DNA from: Ginglymostoma cirratum
Taxonomy: Eukaryota
Reading direction: 5' to 3'
Assembly (NCBI GenBank): GCA_024137785.1
Contig: JAHRHZ010000111.1
Coordinates: 34,669,830-34,733,829, forward strand
Length of the DNA: 64,000 bases
Shown here: piece after piece, positions 1-13,661 of the stretch
Position numbering within the stretch: position 1 is the first letter of the stretch
Layout of the letters: every line of letters begins with the position of its first letter
Position numbers and translations under genes: made by a program
Notes under the pieces: generated by a model
The model's input: only the letters and a program-made list of their open reading frames with translations
Told to the model about the DNA's origin: nothing
The model's database searches: none

Positions 1-668
1 GGAAGGCAGGTTGCAATTGTGATACAGTTTACAGAGGAATATTGATAGGTTAAGTAGGTGGTTGGCAATGGATTATAAAGTGTGAAAATACAAAATTGTT
101 CATTTTGGAAGGGAAGACAGAAGAACAAAATATTATTTAAATGAAGAAAAACTGCAGAAAGCTGCAACACAATAGGACATGACAGTTCAGAGAATGTTCA
201 CATGGATGATCTCTGGTGTGGAGATATTTTCTTATGAGCAAAGATTAAGCAGCTTAGGACTCTACTCACTGGAATTTAGAAGAATGAGAAAACGTATGGG
301 GTTCTTAAGGGTTTGACAGCACTAACTCTGAGAACATGTTTCCCCCAATGGGAGAGTCTAGGACCAGAGGGCATAGTCTCAGAATTAAGGGGTGCCAATT
401 TAAGTCTGAGATGAGGAGAAATTTATCTCAGAGTGCTGTGAGTCATTGGGACTTTTTGCCTCAGAGAGCAGTGGACCAGAATCCCTGTGCATATTTAAGG
501 CTGAGATTGATAGATTATTGATTAGTCAGGGTATCAAGGGTTACAGGGAAAGGACAGGAGAGCACTTGTTAGGAGCGTTGAATCAACCATGATTGTATTG
601 AATGGCAAAGCAGGCTCGAAGGGCCTATTCCTGTTCCTATATCTTACGGCCTTATCATCTTACGGTCC
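1..668 (+). mobile_element. CR1 LINE 3' fragment (decayed, internal deletion near 180)
   Basis: ORF 336-521 MFPPMGESRTRGHSLRIKG matches the CR1 ORF2 C-terminus; ends in a CTTAYGGYC/CTTATCAT-type tail like the copy at 50985-51772. Confidence 0.9.
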
Positions 669-2820
669 CTGATTTACAAAGTCATCTGAAGCACTTTTTA
701 AGTCTGTGTTGCATTCAGTAATAAACTTTGGAGCTGTAATGTGCATCACTGAAATTGTGAGCTGGTGATGGTTGAGCTACTGTGAGAGGTATCATGTACA
801 ATGGTCTCAGCTGGTGGCCTTGTTCACCTTGAGCCAAACTTGCATTCTTTTGTCTAGTTCAGATAAAAGTGACTTTGCGGATTGCCCAGGGGCTGCTGTT
901 GGACTCCTGGGCATTGCCGTGCATCTTCCAAACTGATGGTCGTGTGGTAAAAGCTAATGCTGTTATGAACATGATGGACAGAAGGATGTGTTGTCACATG
1001 GTTGGATCAATTAAGCCTGGAGGGTAGCATGCCAATTGGTAAAAATGTGGATCCCTCTCCTGCTACTGCTGCAGGTGGTCCATGGAAAATATAGTGAACT
1101 GGTTTGTTCCTGCAGACACCAGCAATCATTCTCTTTGTGCACTTGTGTGTACACTCTGACTAATGTTACTGCCACTCTCTCTGAAAACCTGGGAAAGAAA
1201 ATTCTTGAAGCAAAGACAAAGTTGCAGGCAAAAACAACTTTGCATGCTCACAGTCGAGGTCAGGATGCAACATGCAGCACAAAGTCATCATAGCCCATTG
1301 TGTGAATCAATGTCGAAAAGGTTAAAATTTCTCAGCAAATTGAGTTAGCCCCCTTCTCTCACTCTGGTAGAACAATTTAAAAAAATGAAATGTTGAAAAG
1401 GGCAGAGTTGCCAGAGTACTGATACATTTGGAGGGTTACGGGACTGCAGGAGGTACAGAGATATGGGACTTTGCGTGTGATTTTCAAAGGGTGTGCTGAG
1501 AAGTCAGGCTTTCACTGGAATTAAGGAATGCATCAGACTAGTAATGCATTAAACACAACTTTACATTAATTGCATAAATATCAGATTTGTGTTAAATTTT
1601 ACTTACAATTATGGTATTTCCTAAAAGCAGAATAAATCTGTCAAAAAAGTCGGAAAATTATGAGAGACTGGGCGATGTGGCCTATGACGAGATTTGAGGT
1701 AGGATCAGATGAGAAATCCTGCAAGGCCTATCTCGATGTGGGAGCATCTTGCTCTGCCTTTTATGATTTTCCCAAGAAGTACGATGAGGCAGCAGCCCCA
1801 AATAAGGGAGATTATAACTTGTTAAACACCTTGTTGATGGCACAACTATTTATATGAACCTCTGATGTGATGTGTCTTGTCATTAAAAATCTTCCTCTGG
1901 TGCTGCCTATTCCTTCAGATCGCTTTAACCTGGGCTGCAATCTGGGACCAGGCGGAAAATGGTGGCATGGCCTGGTGACCACTTCTGGTCCTAGGAGAAG
2001 AGGAAGGCCCACTTCCGCACTGCCCCATCCAGCAGGTCCTTCCCCACATCTGAGGCAAATGTCACGACCCATGCAGGGCAGCTCTAGGCTGACAGAGTTT
2101 GTCAGGGTGCATAAAAGGTCTTTGGAAATGGCTTGGGTGCAAAGGGTGCTGGTGAATTCCAGCATATCGGTTGAGTTGCAAGTTGCTCTGGGAATAGTAC
2201 TGGTAAGATGGGGTCAAATTTGGATGTGAAGGCTGCCGTAGATGAGGGCCAGTTGGTAAATGAGGTGAGATTGGCAGGACACGGTGAGAAAATCTGCTAG
2301 GCCTCGAGGAGAGAAACCCTTCAAAAGAATTAACACAGCTGGTGCTTAGCCAAAGAAAAGGTAAGATTCCGCCCATGGACTTACTAAACAGTATTGTACC
2401 TGTAATACAACATCCTGCAGAATTAACCGAGACTAGATTTAGGAAAGAGACTATACTCATCTTGTTGAACGGGAGTAATTTCTTAATACTTTAGCTGCGC
2501 TGAAATAATTTATACTGATAATCAAATTTTCAAGGCACCCACTAGAATTCCTCAGAGCCCTTTAAGGGATTTGTAGGTAAATTAACCAGTTGGAGGGCAC
2601 AAGTGATTTATTGGTGGTGGTTAACAGAGGAATAAGAAACAATGGCTAATTTAGCCATGGGAACAAAACAAAACATTCAACTGTGTGTAAGAGCACTTCT
2701 GGATATATATAAAAAGGAATAGAATTTCTCAGACTCTCTTAATATTCAGGTAAAAGATGAAGTGTCAACTGTAGGAAGTTCTGTCAAAATCTGTCATTAT
2801 AACTGCAACTATTACACATA

Positions 2821-3858
2821 TTCAGGCTGGAGGCCTGTGACCAGGGGTGTGTCACAAGGATTGGAGCTGGGTCAACTGCTTTTCATCATTTATATAAATG
2901 ATTTGGATGTAAACATGGGGGTATGGTTAGTAAGTTTACAGATGACATCAAAATTGGAGGCTTGATAGACAGTGGGGAGGGTTACCTCAGAGTACAATGG
3001 GACCTTGATCAGATGGGCCAGTGGGCTGGGGATTGGCAAATGAAGGTTAATTTAGATAAATGTGAAGTGCTGCATTTCGGAAAGGCAAATCAGAGCAGGA
3101 CTTATATAATTAATGTTAAGGTCGTGGAGAGTATTGCTGAACAAAAAGACCTTGGAGTTCAGATTCATATTGCCTTGAAAGTGGAGTCACAGGTAGATAA
3201 GTTAGTGAAGAAAGCGTTTGGTACGCTTGCTTTTCTTGGCCAGTGCATTGAGTAAAGGAGTTGAGAGGTCATGTTGCACCTGTACAGGACATTGTTTAGG
3301 CCACAACTAGAACACTGCATGCAATTCTGATCTCCCTCCTATAGAAAGGATGTTGTGAAACTTAAAAGGGTTCAGAAAAGATTTACTAGGATGTTGCCAG
3401 GATTGGACGGTTTGAGCTGTAGGATGAGGTTGAATAGGCTGGGGCTATTTTCTGTGGGGTGTCAGAAGCTGAGGGGTGACCTTGTAGAGGGTTATAAAAT
3501 CATGAGGGGCATGGATAGGGTGAATAGCCAAGGTCTTTTCCCTGAGGTGGGGAGTCTAAAACTGGAGGCCGTAGGTTTAAGGTGAGAGGGGGAAGATCTA
3601 AAAGGGATCTAAGGAGCAATGTTTTCATGCTGAGGGTGGTGTGTGAATGGAATGAGCTGCCAGAGGAATTGGTGGATGCTGGTACAATTACAACATTTGA
3701 AAGGCATCTGGATGGGTATATGAATAGGAAGGGTTTAGAGGGATTATGGGCCAAATGCTGGCAAACGGAACTAGATTAATTTAGGATATCTGGTCAGCAT
3801 GGACGAGTTGCGCCGAAGGGTCTGCTTCCCTTCTACATCTCTATGACTCTATGATTCT
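2821..3858 (+). mobile_element. CR1 LINE, 5'-truncated (RT to 3' end)
   Basis: WRPVTRGVSQGLELG, IYINDLD, SKFTDDIKIGG (FADD motif), KCEVLHFG, VQKRFTRMLPG; CTATGACT tail. Confidence 0.95.
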
Positions 3859-4599
3859 GTATGTCCTAAAGTTTTGAATTAGTTTTTAGTTGTAAATATT
3901 ATCATTTCTGATGGTGACATTCATGGAAGTTGTTCAACATGCTAAATCTTAATAAGGTTGTTGTCATCACTAACCTCATGCTTAAAGATATTGTTTTCTA
4001 TTATAACACAATTCAGTACATTCTAAAAATATGCTCTGTGACAATGGCTTAATGCTGAGTCTCAAGGTCTCAGATTGTAGAAATTTGGAAATACAGCACA
4101 TACCCACAAAATTTTCAGGTTTTGAAACTCTAAATGTTTTGTCAAAAAGTAAGCAGTCGATGTTTTGTGTAAATAACAGCTTGGATGAAGTGAAATTTAT
4201 TCTCTCTCGTCATCTCATTATTATAGTGTTGCCTGGTTGGAAACTGTATCCACCAACTCCTCCCTCAAAGCTAGCACAAAAGGAGCCTATAGTATTTTTA
4301 CTTGTGATATTTTATTTATAAAATAATTATATTCTTAGAGATAAGTATTAATTTCTGTAAATTCATTGAAAATAAAAGCTATTTTTACAAAAGTATGCAA
4401 GTTCACTTATTTTTGTTCACTGTACAGGAAAGCGTACTACTTAGCAATTAACATCCACTGAAAGTGTATTAAAATCAATCAAAATCACCCTCCTCCTTGT
4501 CTTCAGACCCACTAACATGTCCCAAACTCTTTCTTGAAAGGCGTCATCATATAGAACATTACATCATCTACATCAGGAACCGTGTCAACATCAGCCATG

Positions 4600-5135
4600 T
4601 CACTTCATAACAAAAACTTCTGTCCTGTCAAATGGTTTTAATAATCCACGTTTCTTGAATGGTTTCATCACAGGCTCTATTCTGATTTCATCCCAGGCTC
4701 TGACAAAACTTTAAACAGGATTGTGAATGTCAAAGCTTGTATAATGCCTCCATTGGTGAATGTCTTATCTCTTCTGATCATTCTGTCATTCTACTTTTTT
4801 ATCATACGACCCTTGCTGTTTCGTTTAGATATTTGAGGTTAAATAATTGAACAAGGCTGGTTAGACCACCAGGAATCACTGCAGTATTAATGTTTTGCTG
4901 TCTACGTTCAACAATGTCATTGACATGGTGTGGTCTGAATATGTTTCAGATGAGAAAACCTTTTCTCTTTATATCATCCTCCAAACTTTCCTTAGTCACA
5001 TTTTCAGGCCATCTTCACGCATCCATTCTTTATCCTGTAGATGGATGATTACTCCTTTTGGGACTTGCTGTTTTGGAACGAATTGACTTTAGAATATCAC
5101 CATTGGCTTATTGCCATTTAGGAGACATGACATCA
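4600..5135 (-). mobile_element. pogo/Tigger-type (Tc1-mariner superfamily, DDE_1) transposase fossil
   Basis: Manual minus-strand translation across stops and frameshifts: KPMVIF..VPKGVIIHLQDKEWMREDGLK..RKVW..NTAVIPGGLTSLVQ..FTNGG..RAWDEI..KPFKKRG, colinear with POGK-like DDE_1 domains. Confidence 0.8.
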
Positions 5136-6211
5136 GTGAGGATTTCAGCAGATTCCTCTCCCGAGTGCTCAATCAGAGCATGATCACGGGTTCCTCTACT
5201 TGCCTTTGTGCCTTTGTCAGCTCATGAATGGCCATTCCAGAGGCTCATCATGTGTCAGCAGAGGCCTGTTCTCCATTCTTCAAGTGTCAGAGATCTTCAT
5301 TGTTTCTTTCTGCTCTAACTCCCATGCTAGTGTTGTGTTCACCAGGATGTGACCGCAAGCCTTCTGTAGATAGTTTACCCACAGTGTTAGGTTTCTCCTT
5401 CGCTGGCTTAAGGTGTGGAAGAAAACATTCTGGATGTAATCTCTAAGGTTCACAACTGCTCCTCTTCCGAGGTGAGATTTGAGGGCTGCTCGTGTTGGGT
5501 CTGGGGATAGTGATTTCCCTTTTTATTTGTTCTGACTTGGGAGTTAGAGAGAAACACAAATATGTGTTCATGGTGGAACCCCACGTCCGTTACTTAAGAT
5601 TTCATCGAGACTGTGGTGCTTGCTGTGCAGCTGGAGGTAGCAGATAGGGGACTGTCTCAGTCGATGACTGCAGTTATCCAATCTCCAATTCAGCACAGTC
5701 ATGTTCTCTCTTGCTGTCCTCCTGGCTCAAGAGCCTTTTGTCAGACATTCCAAACTGTCCCATGCCATGATGGGAGCGCATGTGGACTTGCACGTTCCTC
5801 GCTTACAGATGGAGAGAAACTTTAGGAAACACTAAAATAGAGACATGAGCACTATGCCTGCATTAACAGATGCAGATAGAGATGCCAGTCTCCAGAGCTC
5901 TGAATATCTGTGTGCGTTATCAGTGAGCACATGCTGATACGAGGAAAGTTAGGTTTGAAAGGGTTCCAAATGAAAAATGTTGGCAAAAAACTCCACTTGA
6001 TGAAAATCAATAAAGCAAAAATAATCAATATGATGTGTCCATCTAAAAGACCTGCAAGGTGTTCTTCCTGATTTTCTCATTTTTGTAGTTGTATTCTTGT
6101 CCCCTGCAAGTTTTTTTGATGGAAAGTTATCAGATGGGTATGTTCTCCTAGTTGTGCTGAAAGGTCAGTGAAATAATGGTACACGAGCTTCTGGGTGTTG
6201 CAACTCATTTT

Positions 6212-8396
6212 ATAAGAACATAGGAAATAGGAGCAGCATCTGGCCTGTTGAGCCTGCTCCATCATTCAGTAAGATCATGGCTGATCTTTTCGGGGACTCA
6301 GCTTCACTTACCCACCCTCTCACCACAACCCTTAATCACTTTACTGTGCAAAAATCTATTTAGCTTTATCTTAAAAACATTCAATGAAGTAGCCTCAACA
6401 GCTTCACTGGGTAGGGAATTCCACAAATTGACAATCCTTTGGGTGAAGAATTTCCTCCTCAACTCAGTCCTAAGTTTGTAAGCCCTTATTCTGAGATAAT
6501 GTTCCCTATTTCTCGTTTCACCTGCAAGTGGAAACAACCTCCCTGCTTCTATCTTATCTATTCCCTTCATAATTATATGTTTCTATAATATCCTCACCAT
6601 TCTTCTAAATCCACTTAGTCCCAGTCCAGTCAATCTCTCCTCATAAGCCAACCCTCTCAACTCTGGAGTCAACCTATTGAATCTCCCCTGCACACCCTCC
6701 AGAGCAAGTACATCCTTTCTCATGTAAGGACACCAAAACTGTTCTCATGTGTGGCCTCATCAGCTCCATATACAGCTGCAGCATAACCTCCCTGTTTTTA
6801 AACTCCATCTCTCTAGCAATGAAGGATAATATTCTATTTGCCTTCTTAATTAACTGCTGCACCTGCAAACCAACTTTTTGTGATTCATGTACAAGGACAC
6901 CCAGGTCCCTCTGTACAGCAGCATGTTGCAATTTTTCATCATTTAAGTAGCAGTCCATTTTGTTGCTATTCTGACCAAAATTATGACCTCTTTAGCTGAC
7001 TACTGCCTGGCTAACTTGGCCAAACAGCAAGGGATGTTGGGTACACTCGCCAAGTAAAATTCTGAATTCACAAAACCCACCCACCAAACACGCTGTAAAC
7101 GCAGGACCCAGGTGCTAATGACTCTAGCAAGATGTAAAAGGCAACAGTTATTCTGGACCAACATATCCCAATAATTTAACTACTAAACAAAGGAAATCCC
7201 AGACAGAAAGGCACGGGGTCCTGCGACACAAAGTAACTAACGGTAACATGCCATCTAAATGATTGACTCACGTTTCAAACTATTAAATGTATCCCCCTGG
7301 TTGGCCAGAACTATAAGAACTTCCAGAAAACCATCTAAAAGTTATAAAAGCAGGATTCACCTGCAGACATCTCTCTTGGAATCATCTAAGGTCTTCCAAG
7401 GAGAACAGCATGGCAAGAGGCAGAGACCAGCTGACCATACAGAGAAAGATACAAGGAGAAAGCAGCTTTGCAGACCCAGAGACAGGGCTACCGAGAGCGT
7501 GATTGCATAAATTAACAAGAAACTTGGGAATTATTGTGATCATAAGAGGCCAAATAGGATTAGGGATAATATGTTTAGTATTAAAGATTATTATAATTTT
7601 GCTCCTAATAAAGTGGGAATGTTTTGCTTTGGTACTGGCTTGTATTCTTATTGATTTGACCGCTTTGGTATTGTGGGACACCTGGGCATATTCATTCATA
7701 ACATTCTTGTCAGAGTTGTCCATAAGTTGTTTAAAGATAAAGTAGACAACCATCACATTTACCAACATTTTACTATTTCTTCCAGGCCTTTGTACCCTCA
7801 CTTACCTATATCCCTCTGCAGACTTTCAGCTTCCTCTGTTTACTTTGGTCTACCACTCATTTTAGTGTCATCTGTGAACTTTGACACATTACTTTTGGTC
7901 CCCAACTCTAAGTCATATATGTAAGTTGTAAACATTTACGGTCCCAACACTGATCCCTGAGGCATACCACTAGTCACTAATCTCCAATCAGAAAAACACT
8001 CACTTATCCCCACTGTTTGCTTTCTGTTAGTTAACCAATCTTCTATCCATGTTAATACATTACCTGTAACGCTGCGCACGTTTATCTTATGCACCAGCCT
8101 TTTGTGCAGCACCTTCTGGAAATCCAGATACACCACATCCACTGGTTCCCCATTGACCACTTCGCTCATATTTATAGAATTTAACTTCAATTGTTTTGTA
8201 ATATCCTCAAAGAATTCCAGTGAATTAGTTAATCATGACCCACCTTTCATGAACCCATACTGCTTCTGTCCGATGAGAAAATTTCTATCCAGGTGTCTTT
8301 CTATTTCTTCCTTGACGATATATTCAAGCATTTTCCCTTCTACAGAAGTTGAGCCAGTGGGAGTATAGTTGCCCACCTTTCATTTACTTCCTTTAT
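6212..8396 (-). mobile_element. CR1 LINE split by an LTR-like insertion at 6991-7757
   Basis: ORFs 6304-6570, 6674-6958 and 7936-8190 (VDVVYLDFQK, SGMPQGSVLGP) are CR1 ORF2; the plus-strand sequence rejoins as ...ATGACCTC|ACATTTACCAACATT across the insert; ATAAGAAC tail at the left end. Confidence 0.92.
6991..7757 (+). mobile_element. LTR-like interspersed repeat, copy A1 (putative solo LTR)
   Basis: Interrupts a CR1 cleanly; colinear reverse-complement copy at 50454-53822; TATAAAA 7343-7349, AATAAA 7607-7612, ends ...CA. Confidence 0.7.
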
Positions 8397-8594
8397 TATT
8401 GGCATATGTGCCCTGGCAGATGACTGAGAGGCAGTAACACTGTGTTTAATGGTGTTGGTAACTGCAATTGGTAGCTGCAATAAAGTGATATACAATGTTT
8501 GCACACGAGACAGCTGTTGGAAATGCATGGCGCCCAGTCTTGTGTGTGACAGTCCTGTAAAATGCTGTGCTACAGTTAAAACAGTAGACAGTAG

Positions 8595-8860
8595 TATGTG
8601 ACCTGGCAGAGTAGAAAGGATCATTCTGGCACTGGCGCCAGGATCTCTTGAGTCACAGCATGCACTAACCTCCTCAGCCACTTTTCCCTTTGTCTTTTGG
8701 GATGGCCTTGTGTTGCTCTGCTGGGCAGTCTTCAGGACAACCTCTCACTGGGGTGTGCCATCACTTTTTCTGACTTTTCGGACACCTCCAGGGGTGGGTG
8801 GGCATGATGAATGGTTGTTGAGTGATGCTTCCGTGTTGCAGAAAGTGAAGTGCAGTCTGG
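8595..8860 (-). mobile_element. Myb/SANT-like domain remnant, probably a Harbinger-type DNA transposon ORF
   Basis: Minus strand reads EASL...REVVL...TK..VAEEVSA and, after a frameshift, RSWRQCQND..SAR, resembling the W.EVA..VS...R.W.QC.K..ND Myb/SANT pattern. Confidence 0.5.
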
Positions 8861-9719
8861 GTACTTTTCAAGTACGGAGTCTGGAGGCTGGACACTGGAA
8901 GGTCCAACTGGAGACCAGAGATTTCTGCTTACCTACCCAAAAGAATTGGTGTTTTAGTCATGCATGCATAAAGTGATGAGATGAGAAGAAAGTTTTCACC
9001 AATGAAAACCCACCCCATCCCCAAGCGGTCATATCATACATTTATTCGTCCACCAGACTCTGCTGGACTTCTCTGTGGATTTAAGCCAATAAATTCAAGC
9101 ATGGAACAAAGTTAGTATTTATGGATTTTTACTTCAATTGTTTTGATGATTTCTTTTGCTTTGAGATTACGTCTTTTTGTTTTGTAACTTTGAATACATT
9201 TTAATGGCAACAGAAAGTGTTGAATAGAAATTTAAAAACTCCTTTAATTACACTTTCTCGAAAAGGCTGTACTTATAAATAATGGCTTAATGATTTCAAG
9301 CTTTAATTTTCTTTAACGAAGAAGCAGGTAAAATAGAAGTTTGGCATGCAATCTGCATTGCCTTAAGCCTCAATTTTCCACACTGATTTCCATTGGTTTT
9401 TACATCCTGGTGCATGTGGCACAATGATTTTTGCTTTGAATATCAATCAGCAAGATTGAAATTAGAAACCAGCATGTCTTTTGATCTATTTGAAACCATA
9501 GAATGTTAGGTCCGAAAATTGGTTTTATGAGTCCAAGAGTGACCCTAAGGGTCAATGCTCTGTAAAATGCTACACTTTTGAAGTCTCCAGAGGTGGATTC
9601 ATCACCAGGAAAAGCGCCATTCCTTTTCTTAACCGCTTATTCATGTTGAAATAGAACATGTTAAATATTGACCTAGTGGTGAGTTTCATACCCATGTATG
9701 TACATGTTGGCCATCAAGA

Positions 9720-10290
9720 CTGCTTATTTCCATCTTGATGTGTCCACTTGCCTATCCAACTCTGGATTTCTATCGGTGAAGTCCTTACTCAAGCTTTAGT
9801 CACCTTTCTCCTTAATGATTTTTAGCCAGGATCCTATATTCCACCCTCCAAAAATTTCAGCTGGTTAAAAATTCAGCCCTCCTCTTTCCTGTCCCACATA
9901 ATAACTTTCATGCCAATCCATGCCGACTTGCATTGGTTCCCCGTCCACCAATAATAATCTTCAAATCTCTCTATGATCTTGTTTCACCTTAACTCAAACA
10001 TCTCTTGCACCTTGTATCCTTTCCTCTTGCTTCCATCATCTGCTTCAGGTACTTCAATCTCCTACTCAAACATCCACATTAAACTTTCAGCTGCTTCAGC
10101 CCAAATCTTTGGAGGCTGCACCATAAACATCTCCATTTCTCTCTTCCCATTTAAAAAAACACCTTCACACAACTTCTACCAAACTTTCAGCCACTGTTGT
10201 TGAATTCTCTTTCCATGGTAAACCATCAAATCCCCCTTAATAACAGTTTGTGAAGCATAATGAGGCACTCTTTTTTCATGAAACACAGGC
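9720..10290 (+). mobile_element. L2 LINE 3' fragment (old)
   Basis: Decayed LTQALVT, TLQKFQLVKNSA and PIHADLHWFPVHQ match the L2 LQL.QNSAAR...LHWLPV motifs. Confidence 0.75.
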
Positions 10291-11489
10291 TACAATACAA
10301 ATGACGCAAAGTAAAACAGATATTGCAGTTATTTTTCCTGCACTTTTCGAGGAAATTGCTTTACTGTCAGGAAAACTCTACACTTCCTGCGAGAGGGCAC
10401 ATTAATATCTTATTTGGCCATTTATGTATAATATTGTGATCCATTTTATCTTGATTCCCAGGAATGAAATGCTCACTTATATTGAGGATCAGGACATGTT
10501 TATTATGCAATGCGGGAGAGAACTCAGCATGAATTTAAAATGTACTGAATTCTGATCCAGCAAATTTCATACTATTTTTGGCTATAACTAAAAGTAGATT
10601 TCAATCTTGGAGAATGGTAGCAAGTGCAGTTAATTGCTTTAGAATTCCATTATATATAATTGCAAATGGACATCGTGATGGCTAGTTCTCACTGCTTCAC
10701 TTGCTGTTCTATAAATTTTTGCATAAATAATGTAATGATAACTACCAGTCTCACAATTGAATGACCTGTTTAAAAATCTCCACAGATGACAGGTCACGCG
10801 TTAGGAAATTTCTCTTTTCACTTGAAGTATTAACTTTACCACTTTTTGCTTGGCTGAAATTTAATTTAAGACAAAATTGTTCATTTATTCTTTTTAAAAA
10901 TCTGTTACGCTTTAAAGCAATTACAATTTTTCATAATACATTTGGACCTTGTCTTGTTGAGGAAAATCAAAATTTTACAAGATTAATATTTAACATTAGT
11001 ATTCAATGCCCCAGTTTGACCATGATTGAAAATGTCAAGATTTGTTAACTGGATGTTTTCAGTATATCCTTGGGAGCAACAATCTCTCTTATTATGGTAT
11101 TTGAGTAGGAGTGATTAATAAGAGCTGTTCGAATTCTTGTTGAATTTTAAAATTTCAAGCATCTCAAACTATACTTAACTTGTCAAAGACAGACATGTCT
11201 GCGCTTTAACAATGAAGAAATAAAACATTTTAGTATGTTAAGCTCAATGGATGAAAGCAGAGGAATGGAAATTAATATCAATCGGCAATGTGACTTACAC
11301 CAACAATAGAGCAATCATACCTAAGCTTGTCCTAGTTTGCACTTCTGCTGAAAAGAAATACGTATTTTAAAGTACAAAATAAATTATTACCTTGATAATG
11401 GAACTTTATCAGAAGTGGTTCACTGGAAATATATGTGGCTATCCTATTTGATGGTGTACCCTTTGAAAGTTTGTCCTCATGCACTTGGG

Positions 11490-12010
11490 ATCCTACAATT
11501 AACATGCTGACTCCTCAAAGACTGCTTATTCTCTACAAGGCACAAGTCAGGACTGAGATGGAATAATCTGCAATTGCGCCAAAACACCCAGGAAGCTTGA
11601 CACCGTCCAGGACAAAGCAGCCCGCTTGACTGGTACAACATTTGCAAACATCTATTCCCTCCAGCATCAATGCTCAGGATCAGCAAAGTGTACCATCTAC
11701 AAGATGTTCTGCAGAAATTCACCAAGACTTCTTAGACATCTTCCAGACACATGGCCACTGCCATTGAGAAAAGCAAAGGCAGCAGACACCTGGAAAAACC
11801 ATGACCTACGAGTTCCCCTCTAAGCCATTCACTAATTTGGAATGTCATCATAATTCCTCCAGTATCACTGGTTTAAAAAACTGAAGCTGCCTCCCTAACA
11901 GCCTTGTGCATATGCCTATACCAAATAGCCTTAGCTGTGCAGGAAGGCAGCTCACCAATAAATACCAGGCCAGCCAGTGACGCACACATCCAAGTAATGG
12001 ATAATAAAAA
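11490..12010 (+). mobile_element. CR1/L2-group LINE 3' fragment (second LINE family)
   Basis: YKAQV..KLDTVQDKAARL; tail GCCAGCCAGTGACGCACACATCC..AAAAAA shared with 45050-45115 and 46085-46158. Confidence 0.8.
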
Positions 12011-13661
12011 ATGTTCACTTTGTTTCACAGGTTGTGTCAGCAAATATCTGTCTAGTTGCAAATTTAAGGTTTAGGGCCTAGCCATCCTTCACAGTAGATG
12101 AGCTTTCCCAATCTAATGTGTGAAGCAAATACCACCTGCATCATGTGCCAGCTATGGAAACGTCGAAGGACTTGGCAGCTAAGATTAATTTTTCCATTGC
12201 AACAAAACAACGATTGTGCACCACAGCCAATTAGAGCATACAATATTACTGGCATTGATTCTATCTAAATCATCATGTTCCCACTTTACTGAGTAAACTT
12301 GGTAGACCTGGTAGTCCACCGTCCCCCATGGAAGCCAGATTGCTGCTGACTATTGATGACCCCTGCCCACACTGCCATGTTCCCCTTTGATGCTGTACCA
12401 TCTCCACACATTCATATATTGAGTTGTTACCCTTTACATTTGTAATCCATTTTGCAACCCAGCATATTACCTCCAATATCCACAATTAAGTGCCCCAAAT
12501 TCTCTCCAGCAGGAGCGGGCCTTTATAACCCCAGCCCCCTCGACTGACACAGGACTGACTGTGGCCCATTCCCTTGAATGTCTTACGAGAACATTTCTAT
12601 GCAATGAGTGACTGGGTTGCTCACTGATATCCCCAACTGACTTCCTGAGATTGCCCCTACTGCCCCCATAGTGCTGGCCATGACCATTCTCCAGACTGCA
12701 GAGGATCCCCTGACTGTGGCTGGCTGGCTGACTGTTCTAAAGCCCTGAACTGAAATCAGAGGTTGCCCTTAATGGACTGTCTTGGGACTCCCTCCCTGAA
12801 GAGTATCTCCCTTGACTTGACTGATGACTACTCCTTCAGATTTTGAGGCATGGCCAGTTCCTTGGAGCATATGTGCTTGGCTGACACATGATCCAGATGT
12901 GAAACTGACACTGCAAGATGACATGCAGCCACATGTGCACTCCTTCTGTGATCACTGCTGTCATGCATCTGCACTAAACAACAAAGCAAGACCGAAGTAC
13001 TGTGAGTGTTTCAGCTCTCGTCGACATGCAAAACACAAATAAGCAAGTGATGGCAAAGCATGGCAGAGATGCCGTGAGTTTTGAAGTAGACTCAAAGTGA
13101 AAGGCAGCAAGCGAAGATCCCTGAGACATAGCCAAAGGTCCAATGCTTGAGTTGGGTGCCTGTCCCTGTGTGCACTGTTCCCTGGCAGCAACTTTTCAAT
13201 GATAGCTGTCAGTGCATTCCAAAGTGCTGCATTAAAATACAGAGATGTTCCATGATGGTGTGGTGAGGCTACTATGTGGTCTGTGCCAGTGTCTATGGAT
13301 GGTGGGTGCATTCAGTTACTGCCCATGGAATGTGCCTGAGATGTTGGTGCTGGGTGTTCAAGACGGAGATCTAGAGGACCAACAGTGAGTTGGAGCCACC
13401 AGGTAACTGTACTGACTTCCATCTTGGCAATTCTCGGCATCCAGTTTCAACCTGTCGGCTGGGAGAATGGGAAGCTGCTGATTAATGAACTGAGATTACA
13501 TGTTAATATATGCAGATACCCCTCTCACAATGCACTGGCAAGAATCCCATCTTCTGTTTAATACTTGATTGGAAAATGGGACTTTTTGCTCTTTACGTTA
13601 AGAAGCTCCTCAGTAGGCCCACAACTTTCACGGGTTCGGAATATTCCACCAAATGTGTCAA

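Noticed and set aside
1640-2374. Possible non-autonomous Harbinger-like element ending GTAAGATTCCGCCC; similar GC-richer debris at 5140-5830, 22650-23300 and 39500-40450
   Set aside because: No matching second TIR or convincing protein motif found by eye; left unannotated
7503-7745. Hydrophobic 80-aa ORF also seen at 50511-50738 (CLVLKII.ILLLIKWECFA)
   Set aside because: Similarity is explained by two copies of one repeat; non-ATG start, T-rich composition, and the frame is broken in copy A2
10445-10555. Acceptor-like site followed by an open frame NEMLTYIEDQDMF..
   Set aside because: No donor before the stop and no recognisable protein similarity
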